In this document: in pieces, positions 55,048 through 63,814 of the stretch | How positions within the stretch are numbered: position 1 is the stretch's first letter | How the letters are laid out: every line of letters begins with the position of its first letter | Virus record (IMG/VR): IMGVR_UViG_2974719393_000001 | Location: 1-64,000 of that record | Reading direction: 5' to 3' (one strand) | From: a virus | Lineage: Duplodnaviria; Caudoviricetes | DNA: 64,000 nucleotides | Notes under the pieces: model-generated | The model's input: only the letters and a program-made list of their open reading frames with translations | Database searches by the model: none | Told to the model about the DNA's origin: nothing | Position numbers and translations under genes: made by a program

Positions 55048-55266
55048 TCAGTCTCGTGTACGTTGTAATTGTTGTTGTTCGACATATGCGCGGATATACG
55101 CAACGTCATTTGCCATTAATTCTAGCTTATCTACACGGTCATCCAAGTCATTAATTGACTGAGAGTTGACAGCTGTCTCGGTATGGGTAGTAAAAATACC
55201 GATTCCGCCTGCAGTTAATAAGCCAGCCAGAGCAGTAGTTACAATGGTACTTACTGGTAGGTTCAT
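55048..55266 (-). CDS. small membrane-anchored coiled-coil protein (lysis-associated?)
   Basis: N-terminal TM plus coiled coil; coupled to the holin-like gene. Confidence 0.55.
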   Translation of the reverse strand: MNLPVSTIVTTALAGLLTAGGIGIFTTHTETAVNSQSINDLDDRVDKLELMANDVAYIRAYVEQQQLQRTRD

Positions 55267-55754
55267 GGTTTTTCGCCTCGTCGTTTCTGTTCATCAGCAC
55301 CCAACCAGAAAGCAATAGCCGTCGAACCGAAACCAATTAAGGCACCGATAAGCATATTGACCATATCGCGATTTCCATCAGGGATGGTAACAGTGAACAA
55401 GGCTAATAATGCTGCTGTGAGCAACGCCATAATGCCACCGGTAAGAAGTGCGGGAACGTTTGATTGAGTATTCATCTGCATAGTTCGTGCACTTTGCTTA
55501 TCTGCTAAACGTAGCTCAAGCTCGCGCACTGTCATGCTATGAATCTCTTCTTTGTGGTTCAGCTCAATCTCCTTCAAGCGCACAAGCGCATCCGGGTCAT
55601 TTTTGATAGCCGCAGCCACGTCTTCTGGATTCGGGTTGGCCCCGAACACGCTTGCAATAAGTGTCCCAGCTGCTGTACCTACTGGACCACCTAAAAGGCC
55701 ACCCAACACAGGGGCAGCCGATGCAACAGTTTTACCTAAGTCTTTCCAATCCAT
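55263..55754 (-). CDS. holin-like protein
   Basis: 'MDWKDLGKTVASAAPVLGGLLGGP', 'DKQSAR.MQ', two C-terminal TMs ending 'FWLG'. Confidence 0.7.
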   Translation of the reverse strand: MDWKDLGKTVASAAPVLGGLLGGPVGTAAGTLIASVFGANPNPEDVAAAIKNDPDALVRLKEIELNHKEEIHSMTVRELELRLADKQSARTMQMNTQSNVPALLTGGIMALLTAALLALFTVTIPDGNRDMVNMLIGALIGFGSTAIAFWLGADEQKRRGEKP

Positions 55755-55756
55755 GG

Positions 55757-56143
55757 TTACCCCCAGAGATTAGCAAGTTGCTTAATCCACACAGTAGTGA
55801 GGATAGCACGGTATTTGAAAGTAAACTGATGTTCCATTTTGTGACGGGACACCCATTTACGATAAATATTGTCAATGCACATACCTTTATGCTCCAGAAC
55901 CATGTGAGGTTCCCAAGTAGATTTGACTCGAACGTAGTGGAATTTTATCTGACGAGTCAGAATCATCCAATACAGTTTTAGCCAACTACCTTCAGCAATA
56001 AGCCAGTATGCAATCCACAGGGAATAGTCCTCGCAGTCACCATTGAGATGTCCCTTTGCGTCAGGTTCCATAAGGGTCCAACGGTCTGTATGCCTATCAG
56101 ATTTGTAATGGAATCGACTGTTTAAATAATTCAAATTTTTCAT
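55757..56143 (-). CDS. transglutaminase-like cysteine proteinase domain protein
   Basis: 'F.YKSD...D.W', 'GDCEDY', 'HMVL', 'IDN' (Cys-His-Asp triad). Confidence 0.7.
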   Translation of the reverse strand: MKNLNYLNSRFHYKSDRHTDRWTLMEPDAKGHLNGDCEDYSLWIAYWLIAEGSWLKLYWMILTRQIKFHYVRVKSTWEPHMVLEHKGMCIDNIYRKWVSRHKMEHQFTFKYRAILTTVWIKQLANLWG

Positions 56144-56248
56144 TACAACTCACCTTCGATAATATTTCGATATAATCTATAGCTCTGTAATAGCAATCCA
56201 ATATATAAACGTACCTAAACTACACAAAATACTAGTACTTTAAATTAA

Positions 56249-58789
56249 TTACGCCAGATTTGGTAAAGCCCTCCAGTGAGAATAAGTTGTCTTTGCATTT
56301 ACAGGTATAAAACGACCTGCTGGAACAGGTGTTGTAATTGTCAAGTCATTGCCTGATTTGGATGTCAACTGTGTCCAATGCCATGTACCGTTATCCATCT
56401 CAAAACCACATATACTACCAAACCCGGTTCCTAACCACCCTCCTGGATTGGTTACTATAACTACAGAATCCCCTGCGTTTGCTTGCGCACTTACAATAGA
56501 GGTGTCCTCATCAAAGAGACAAATATACCCAATAGGGACTCCTATAGCTGGAGTAGGGTCATCCCAACGGGAACCTGCATTAAAGTAGCCTTGGTCTGGT
56601 AAAGTATCTCTGAAAATCCTCTCTCTGTAGCGTTCAGGGGATGAAACTTCTCGCTCAAGGATAGCATGGTCTGTTACTGCAAAGATGCCGGGCGTTTCGC
56701 TTTCTAATGCGTAATCATTGGTATTACCTTTGAATTCATTACCTTGAATAATACCATTTTTCTGAGTGATAGTAGTAGATAATCCAAACGTACAGCCTGA
56801 GATTGTGTTACCTCTGACACTACAACGAGAACCTCGTATACGTATGCCCTGCTCTGTTATTACACCTGAAACAAAATCAGGTTCTGTTAACGCACTCGGG
56901 TTCGTTATTGGCGTGTACGTCCTGATTACGTTACCGTTAAGAGAGGTATCTTCTGCTGAGCACGTAATACCATACGGAGCACAGTTTAAAAGCAGATTAT
57001 TAGCACAAATATTATCAGAATTAGCCACCGTAAAACTAGGGGTATTTGTTGAGCTTAGAATTATACCTCCACGATTAGTTGCATTAATTACTGTATTACC
57101 TGTAATATTGCAAGCCCCGTGATAGATTGCTTGAATACCCCATGATACGTTTTTTACTAGGTTATTAGCAATCACCCCATGGCCGTCATAATTGCCTTCA
57201 CCCCAAGCAATACCACCACAATTTGCAGCGTTTGAAATTACATCTCCGTATACCGTATTACTAGTGATAATACAGTGACCTGTTGCTTGAATAGCCAAAG
57301 AATTGATATCTCCATTGCAACCAGAAACAATATTACCGGAGATGATACTTTGGTAACAACGCCCATTGAAGTTAATACCCGTATATTTACAATCATGGAC
57401 TTGATTATTAACAACTTTAAAGTACCCATCGCCACTTTCCGCGCAAATACCAATCATGCTCATATCATACACTTGGTTATCATGGACATTCACATTAATA
57501 ACATTTCTAAAAAGAATACCACGACCTTTAGCTAAGCCGAAATTCTGATAGACACCTGTACCTTGTATTACAATGCCATATACTTCAAAATTACGAAGTT
57601 CTGTACCTACAGCGGGTGTTGCAATACTCTCCTGGCTAGAGAAGTGCAACGGAATATGTGCATTAGCTTCTGTCTTAATTATACTTTTATACCCATCTCC
57701 GGAAATTGTCACATTGTTCCCATGAACCCACAGACAGGCTTTATTTTCATCTTGTGTTGTGACTTTGTAGTACACATCCGCAGAGGGTATGTACACTCGA
57801 CCGCCACCTTGTGCTATTACAAAATCAATGGCTGCTTGAATAGCAGCAGTATCATCTACAATGCCATCTCCTACAGCCCCAAAATCTTTTATATTCACAA
57901 AATCTGCAAAGTGATTAGCCAAAGTTCTAGCTGTAAGTCTGTCCGTCGGTGTAACCAAAGAATTAGAGGCAACAATGGCTCCCCAATCATTACCATCCCA
58001 ATACCTTAATTCACCTTGATTACCACCAAAATCCTGCCAATAAGTAGCACCAATTTGTAACGGCTGCCCTGTGTTATCAAGTAAAGGAGGAGAAGTTTTA
58101 GCACCGAGATATTTACTTTCAAAATTTGTGAGTACGACATCAGCCGCTGAAGCTGATAAAGCTGAAGAGTCAGCAAAAGCGGAAGCAGAGGCCGCACTCG
58201 TACTGGCATTCGTTTCAGATGTACCTGCAGCAGCTTCACTTGCAGCCGCAGCAAGTTCTGAATTACCAGCATTAATCTCTGACAAAGCAGCAGCCGTTTC
58301 ACTGTTTGCAGCATTATTCGCAGAGGTATTAGCGTTAGCTTCGGAGGTTGATGCATTTGACTCGGAGGTCGCGGCATTTGCTTCCGATGTAGCAGCAGCA
58401 ACTTGAGAAGCTTGAGCCGCATCACGTGCATCTTGTGAATCACTCATTGCAGTAAGAGCGGAGTCACGGGCATCCTGTGCTTGTTGTGCTGCCTGCACTA
58501 CAGTATCGGCATCCGACACAACCCATACACCAGGGTCAGCATCGTAGTACTGCAAGTTGCCGTCAGTTTCATTTAGGTAAAAGTTACCGGCTACAAGAGG
58601 TGCGCCATCACGACCTTCAGTTGGGGCATTTTCAAATGCACCCAAGTAAAGGTTCATAACGTCTACACCACCAGCGGCAGCAATAACTTCTTCGATATTC
58701 TCAGCGACTAGTTCCACCGCATCATATGCAGTGTTATCGAACTTCTCGACTGGAGTCGTATTATTGTGGCTCTGTGGTACGCGAGGCAT
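56249..58789 (-). CDS. tailspike with right-handed beta-helix (pectate-lyase-like) depolymerase domain
   Basis: Ala/Ser-rich heptad linker, 'VNIKDFGAVGDGIVDDTAAIQAAI', repeated I.GN.I/V beta-helix rungs; SD before ATG 58789. Confidence 0.88.
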   Translation of the reverse strand: MPRVPQSHNNTTPVEKFDNTAYDAVELVAENIEEVIAAAGGVDVMNLYLGAFENAPTEGRDGAPLVAGNFYLNETDGNLQYYDADPGVWVVSDADTVVQAAQQAQDARDSALTAMSDSQDARDAAQASQVAAATSEANAATSESNASTSEANANTSANNAANSETAAALSEINAGNSELAAAASEAAAGTSETNASTSAASASAFADSSALSASAADVVLTNFESKYLGAKTSPPLLDNTGQPLQIGATYWQDFGGNQGELRYWDGNDWGAIVASNSLVTPTDRLTARTLANHFADFVNIKDFGAVGDGIVDDTAAIQAAIDFVIAQGGGRVYIPSADVYYKVTTQDENKACLWVHGNNVTISGDGYKSIIKTEANAHIPLHFSSQESIATPAVGTELRNFEVYGIVIQGTGVYQNFGLAKGRGILFRNVINVNVHDNQVYDMSMIGICAESGDGYFKVVNNQVHDCKYTGINFNGRCYQSIISGNIVSGCNGDINSLAIQATGHCIITSNTVYGDVISNAANCGGIAWGEGNYDGHGVIANNLVKNVSWGIQAIYHGACNITGNTVINATNRGGIILSSTNTPSFTVANSDNICANNLLLNCAPYGITCSAEDTSLNGNVIRTYTPITNPSALTEPDFVSGVITEQGIRIRGSRCSVRGNTISGCTFGLSTTITQKNGIIQGNEFKGNTNDYALESETPGIFAVTDHAILEREVSSPERYRERIFRDTLPDQGYFNAGSRWDDPTPAIGVPIGYICLFDEDTSIVSAQANAGDSVVIVTNPGGWLGTGFGSICGFEMDNGTWHWTQLTSKSGNDLTITTPVPAGRFIPVNAKTTYSHWRALPNLA
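58150..58500 (-). repeat. imperfect 7-aa (A-A-x-S-E-x-N) coding repeats in the tailspike linker
   Basis: AATSEAN-AATSESN-ASTSEAN-ANTSANN-AANSETA... Confidence 0.6.
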
Positions 58790-58800
58790 GAGTAGTCTCC

Positions 58801-59499
58801 TTAAACCCAACCATTAGAATGGAACGCATTGTTCGCTTCTGGTGAAATATTATTGACCGTAATGTATTTTTGTAGGAACAACAACTGTTCCTCATACATC
58901 ATCTTTTGGTTCATCGAAATAGCCTGAGCTTCTGCACTTTGGTTTGGCATGTATGCACGCCATGTAACGTAACAAAGCAAAGCAGATAGCGCCACCTCAG
59001 GTAACTCCAATTCAACTGACGACGGGTCAGACACATCACTAAGTTTAGGGTGGTCAGCACGGTACTGCACAAATGTGCTATTACCTGTTACTGGTGTCGG
59101 AATCTGTACGCTCAGTGGAGTCGGAGTGTAGTAAGAATTTGACGCACTATTGTCATTTATTGGAACCAAACAGCCTGCTTCATCATAGAAAGCTGTGATG
59201 GCCAAAATGTCATCAGTGAATTCATTACCATCATCGTCATCGATATACTTCTGCTCAGTGGATTCCGTGTTTGAGTACGCGTGCTTCGAGTTCAAGTAGT
59301 AAATAACTGTACCGTCATCTTGGTCAAGAATCAGTTCACTATCCTTGAGTGGGAATCGGGTGTAAATATCACGCAGACCAAGCTGCGTGAAGTTAGCAAA
59401 TTTTTGATAGGAATCAGTTTTAATCATTCCATTAACTACGTCACCGGTATTTGCCAGTGGGCCTAAAGCCAAGTAGTTAAATACATCCAGTAAAGTCAT
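58801..59499 (-). CDS. virion structural/adaptor protein (N4 gp67-like)
   Basis: 'LGLRDIYTRFPLK', 'VQYRADH', C-terminal 'F.SNGWV'; downstream of terminase. Confidence 0.75.
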   Translation of the reverse strand: MTLLDVFNYLALGPLANTGDVVNGMIKTDSYQKFANFTQLGLRDIYTRFPLKDSELILDQDDGTVIYYLNSKHAYSNTESTEQKYIDDDDGNEFTDDILAITAFYDEAGCLVPINDNSASNSYYTPTPLSVQIPTPVTGNSTFVQYRADHPKLSDVSDPSSVELELPEVALSALLCYVTWRAYMPNQSAEAQAISMNQKMMYEEQLLFLQKYITVNNISPEANNAFHSNGWV

Positions 59500-59508
59500 G
59501 ATGTCCCC

Positions 59509-61131
59509 TTAAACAATATATGAGTCGGTGCCGTATGTGTCATCGTCGTCTTCATCCATACCCCAATATTTAGTATCAGCATCGTGATAATGTTTGGGTA
59601 GGGCTTGGCCCGCAGGTTTCCAAGCACGCATTACAGATAGCATTGAAATTGTATCAGCAAAATCGTCATGCTTCGACTTGAAACCATCACGCGCTACAAG
59701 ACTAAGTTCTTCGTAGGCTTCCAACATCGGCTTCGAATCGCGCATCTGTTCAGGGAAGTGAATCATCTTCTGCTTGAACCAAGGCACTACTGTATTGAAT
59801 CGTACGAATTTCTGTACGTTCGGGCGTACACCTGGTTTACCACCGTTAGAATCAGACGCTAGGTTGAACAAGATATTGCGGTGACGCATCTCTTTCTGTA
59901 GCAATGAGATGAAACCACCTTGTTGACCTGACACCTCGATACCAACTTCTTTGGGGTCCCACTTCTGCACTAGACGGAATAGGTGTTCAAAGTTTTGGTC
60001 CATGGTGCAGCGCTCACAGATACCATCTACCCAGAACCAATGACCATTAGAGTCGTAGGCCCAGACGGAAATCACAGAGTAGTCGGCAGACATTTTCTCT
60101 GATGTCGCAAAGTCGGTAGTAATGTAGTAGTGGTAGTACTGCTTGTTCTTGACGATATCGTCTCGGTTGTACCACATGATGTCATCTTCGCCGATGAGAC
60201 GTTCCTCATCCGACATGATTCGCAGCATCAATTCTTGGTTAAACGTATCTGGTCGTCCGTTCGCCATAGCGAAGTCATATTGCTCTTTGATGAACGCATA
60301 TGTGAAACGGTCTGGCCAAGAACCACGGAAATCAGCCTCGTCACATGGGTATTGTTCACAAACAGGGTAGACGTTCACCCACCAACCACCAGATTCCACC
60401 GCTTTGTACAGTGGGTCTTTAGCGTTAAACGGAGTGCCTGACCAAATAACCTTTTTACGGCTAGGTGCCAGTGCGTGTTCTACCGCTTTATAAATGGTTG
60501 CCTCGACGTTCTCAATAACTGTTGGTGATTTAGCGTCTTCATCCGACAAAAGGTCATCGAGTACGGCCAACACTGGACGAGTACCCATCTCTTTCGCACC
60601 ACGAACACCGGTCTTCGCACCATATCCTTTGATTACGGTCTTAACACCGTCGATATTAGTGAATTCCCAGCGAACATCTGTGAATCGTACGCCTTTACGT
60701 GGAAGGTACTTCTGAAGGAAGTCCGAGTTTTCCCAACGGTACTCCAAGTTCTTACGCATGTTCTTCACACCATTCTCAATGGAGTCAGATACGTACAGAG
60801 CTAGTGGAACTTTACCGAATCCTGGGAGTTCTCCGTACACAGCGATGTACAAGAACAGGTATTCACCTAGAAGTGTGGTCTTTGCCATACCACGGTGACA
60901 CAGGTTGATGGTCTTCGAGCGCATACCGGCTACGTTATCCAGCATCTTGTAGTGAACTACTGGAGTTAAGTTCTCTTCACCTTCAGTACCGTTAACCAGT
61001 TTGATGAAGTTCACGAATTCTAAGGCGAATGCACTAGGGACATAGGTCGGGTCTACCGAATAGTCCACGGAGTTGAGCCATTCAACTACCGTCTTTTTAG
61101 GTGGTTTCTCAATAACGACGTTATTCATCAT
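59509..61131 (-). CDS. terL: terminase large subunit
   Basis: 'HRGMAKTT' Walker A, 'LDDL' Walker B, 'SGTP', 'TTDFA', 'HDDFAD'. Confidence 0.93.
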   Translation of the reverse strand: MMNNVVIEKPPKKTVVEWLNSVDYSVDPTYVPSAFALEFVNFIKLVNGTEGEENLTPVVHYKMLDNVAGMRSKTINLCHRGMAKTTLLGEYLFLYIAVYGELPGFGKVPLALYVSDSIENGVKNMRKNLEYRWENSDFLQKYLPRKGVRFTDVRWEFTNIDGVKTVIKGYGAKTGVRGAKEMGTRPVLAVLDDLLSDEDAKSPTVIENVEATIYKAVEHALAPSRKKVIWSGTPFNAKDPLYKAVESGGWWVNVYPVCEQYPCDEADFRGSWPDRFTYAFIKEQYDFAMANGRPDTFNQELMLRIMSDEERLIGEDDIMWYNRDDIVKNKQYYHYYITTDFATSEKMSADYSVISVWAYDSNGHWFWVDGICERCTMDQNFEHLFRLVQKWDPKEVGIEVSGQQGGFISLLQKEMRHRNILFNLASDSNGGKPGVRPNVQKFVRFNTVVPWFKQKMIHFPEQMRDSKPMLEAYEELSLVARDGFKSKHDDFADTISMLSVMRAWKPAGQALPKHYHDADTKYWGMDEDDDDTYGTDSYIV

Positions 61132-61828
61132 CTACGTCCTCGATTTCGCCTTCGATAATAGGCGTGTGGGCTACCTGCTGCGCAGTCATCCCACCGCCAG
61201 CAATGATTTGTTGTTGTAGTTCGGCCATCTTGCGCATTGTTTCACGCAGTTCACCAACATGGCTGGAGTTCTCGTTAACATTGATGTCAACTTGCAGCTT
61301 GGCATTTTCTTCTTCAGGTGGCTTAGTGTGTGTAAGTACTGAGTTCGCCGCGTCAGAACGTACCTTCTCAGAGGTAGCAGTCATCATAATCTCAGCTTGT
61401 ACGTTCAGAGCTTTCTGACGGATGTCCATATTCTGGACATAGAAGCTGATGGACACTTTTTTGATGACTTCTTCCACGCACTTACTGTTGGCGAAAGCCG
61501 ACACATAACGTGAAATCTCTTTATCCGACTTACCTTGAGCCAACCAGTCTTGGTATTTGTCAGGGAATGTCTTGATAAAGCTTGAAATATTGGTTTCGCC
61601 CATTGATTTGAACGTAGCGTACTTACAAGCATTGATGTACTGCTCGAAGGTGTAGCGACCTTGCTTAATTACGTCACTCGAACTAATCAATGTGTCACGG
61701 ACAAAGCTGGCCGTATCAGGGTCATTAATTAGTGCGTTGACGTCGTCAACGTATTGTTGGTCGATTAACTTCTGCACAGACTTCGGAGCAATACTTTGAA
61801 GCATTTCAACGGATAATTCGTTTTTCAT
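61121..61828 (-). CDS. N4 gp69-like protein (putative terminase small subunit)
   Basis: 'SEKVRSDAANSVLTHTKPPE'; directly upstream of terL. Confidence 0.7.
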   Translation of the reverse strand: MKNELSVEMLQSIAPKSVQKLIDQQYVDDVNALINDPDTASFVRDTLISSSDVIKQGRYTFEQYINACKYATFKSMGETNISSFIKTFPDKYQDWLAQGKSDKEISRYVSAFANSKCVEEVIKKVSISFYVQNMDIRQKALNVQAEIMMTATSEKVRSDAANSVLTHTKPPEEENAKLQVDINVNENSSHVGELRETMRKMAELQQQIIAGGGMTAQQVAHTPIIEGEIEDVDDE

Positions 61829-61867
61829 GAGAGTCTCTCTGTAGGGATTGTGTAGTAAACATATCAT

Positions 61868-61873
61868 AGTATA
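61868..61873 (-). promoter_or_regulatory. putative late sigma70-like -10 (TATACT)
   Basis: Head of the late operon; same hexamer at 43093, 6970 and 2052. Confidence 0.45.
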
Positions 61874-61889
61874 ACCCGCTTCGCGGGTT
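61873..61889 (+). promoter_or_regulatory. vRNAP-type triloop hairpin AACCCGC-TTC-GCGGGTT followed by CTTTG
   Basis: 7-bp stem, template GAA loop, at the strand-switch point; best match to the N4 early promoter layout. Confidence 0.6.
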
Positions 61890-62052
61890 CTTTGCGGTTT
61901 TTCCGAACTTTCGGGAGTGACACCTCGATAATTTCCGAATAGTCAGAAGAACAATTGCCTGATACCCTAATCCACCCCGCCAGGGGTGGTATTAGGGTTA
62001 TTCCATTCCACTAGTAAGGTGGATATTTATCCATGACTGTGAGTATTTCCAC

Positions 62053-62568
62053 ATGATTAAACCTACTGTTACTTATGTCATTGATGGTACTGAATACACA
62101 CAATTTACTGTCAATGACGAGTTTACTCCTTTCGCTATATCTCGTAATGGTACGATTATTAATCTTGAAACAAATCGAATTCGTAAAAGCTTCTTACACC
62201 GTAAACTAAGTTATTTAGTTTTTGACGTTAAATGTTATGGGATAACAAAACAGCTATATGTTCACCGTATAGTTTGTGCAGTTTACCATTACCAATCTAA
62301 TCAAAATTTATACGTAGACCACATTGATGGGGACAAGTTAAATAACTACTGGTTAAACGTACAGTGGGCTTCTGCTGCCCAGAATACGCAAAAATACTTT
62401 GGTACGTTGAACAAAGAGATTTGTCTTATTGCACCTGACGGCACAAAACATGTAACTACCAATTTGTATCAATTTTGTAAACAACACGGTTTGACCCCGT
62501 CACGTATGAGTGATGTAAAGAACGGCAAGTTTAAACAACATAAAGGTTGGCAAGTCCAACAGGAGTAA
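62053..62568 (+). CDS. HNH homing endonuclease
   Basis: 'VHRIVC...VDHIDGDKLNNYWLNVQW.SAAQN' plus C-terminal 'NLYQFCKQHGL...GKFKQHKGW' DNA-binding module. Confidence 0.88.
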   Translation: MIKPTVTYVIDGTEYTQFTVNDEFTPFAISRNGTIINLETNRIRKSFLHRKLSYLVFDVKCYGITKQLYVHRIVCAVYHYQSNQNLYVDHIDGDKLNNYWLNVQWASAAQNTQKYFGTLNKEICLIAPDGTKHVTTNLYQFCKQHGLTPSRMSDVKNGKFKQHKGWQVQQE

Positions 62569-62574
62569 AGATTA

Positions 62575-62856
62575 ATGTCACGCGCTATTAATACGCATGA
62601 ACCTCGTACAGCTAAGATGGAAGTTTCATTGGTTTCAGAATTGTTAATCAAGTTCTACGGCAATAAGTCTCACGTAGCTGAACATTTGAAACTTCAACGC
62701 ACCACCTTGAACAAGTACTTAAACGAGTACGGTGACATCATGATGATGAAGTTCGGTGACCAGTGGGTTCCATTGACTCAGCTGTCTCGTCGTCACAACG
62801 AACCAAAGGTAGATATCCAAGAGGTTATCGATGCCATTAATAAAGTCCGACTATAA
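62575..62856 (+). CDS. HTH protein
   Basis: AGGAG SD; 'GNKSHVAEHLKLQRTTLNKYL' Fis-type HTH. Confidence 0.7.
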   Translation: MSRAINTHEPRTAKMEVSLVSELLIKFYGNKSHVAEHLKLQRTTLNKYLNEYGDIMMMKFGDQWVPLTQLSRRHNEPKVDIQEVIDAINKVRL

Positions 62857-63217
62857 GTTTCGTATCCTGTTCAAATACGAACATGGGTACAACTACCTAA
62901 TGGAAGACAAAGCCTATTTAATTTTTGGTGTCATCAAATACCAAGGCGTCAAGTTATTTATGCGTCGTCCAAAGGAAATTCGCATCGACCCTAACTACCC
63001 AATTAGTGTGGATGAGGAGGCTAGAGACTTATTCAAGCAAATGTCTTTCGCTTGTCATCCACGCGGTACGGTAGCATACGGGATTGATAAAAAGGACCTA
63101 GCCAAAGTTTTAATCAATATGCCCGGGTGGGCTACCGGAAATGGTAACCAGTTCCGCCCACAACGTATGAAATGGGAGTCAGAGCATGGCTGGAGAAAAT
63201 TCGATTCAACAACATAA
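62831..63217 (+). CDS. hypothetical protein
   Basis: GAGG SD, coupled ORF. Confidence 0.6.
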   Translation: MPLIKSDYKFRILFKYEHGYNYLMEDKAYLIFGVIKYQGVKLFMRRPKEIRIDPNYPISVDEEARDLFKQMSFACHPRGTVAYGIDKKDLAKVLINMPGWATGNGNQFRPQRMKWESEHGWRKFDSTT

Positions 63218-63395
63218 TCAGCACCCAGAATTAGACGATGTGTGGAAGAAGTACAATGAAGCCCCTGATGCTTGGCTTCGAGCTCGTATGGAAAATGGTT
63301 TTAATCTACCACCCACGGCTACGCAAAAACGTATGGATATGCTTAAAACAATTTTGACTCTTCGTACGATTGGGGTATTGAAAGCACCCACTTGA
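63186..63395 (+). CDS. hypothetical protein
   Basis: GGAG SD. Confidence 0.55.
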   Translation: MAGENSIQQHNQHPELDDVWKKYNEAPDAWLRARMENGFNLPPTATQKRMDMLKTILTLRTIGVLKAPT

Positions 63396-63454
63396 AAGTT
63401 CCAAGCCCAATACGGAATTGGGATAATCCGTCCAGATTATGAGGCAAATTCTTC

Positions 63455-63814
63455 ATGAAAAAACCAATCTTAGTCCTAGCTAATGGGACTGTTATTGATA
63501 CCCCAGAATATGTGTGCAAAGACTCAATCAATTCATCCTACGTGTCTTTTCGCTGGATTACATGTGACGGGGTTCAAGTCATTCAAGACCGAGAATACGG
63601 TTGCAAAAATTTAAGCATGCCTGAGCTGAAGCGTCGTAAAGAAGACCTCGAAGAAGCTATGGAGTTCCATAAAAACAAGGTAGACCAACAGCACCGTGCA
63701 GAACTTTTACTAATCCGCTACGACCAATGTCTGCAACATATGGCATTACGTCTTATCGGTATCCGACATGAGGGCACACCAAGTGAAAACCTCAAACACA
63801 CGTTCAGGGGTTAG
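63455..63814 (+). CDS. hypothetical protein
   Basis: GAGG SD. Confidence 0.6.
   Translation: MKKPILVLANGTVIDTPEYVCKDSINSSYVSFRWITCDGVQVIQDREYGCKNLSMPELKRRKEDLEEAMEFHKNKVDQQHRAELLLIRYDQCLQHMALRLIGIRHEGTPSENLKHTFRG

Noticed and set aside
56249-58000. Cys content of the tailspike as part of the Cys-modification hypothesis
   Set aside because: About 15 Cys, mostly at inward beta-helix ladder positions, which is ordinary for this fold
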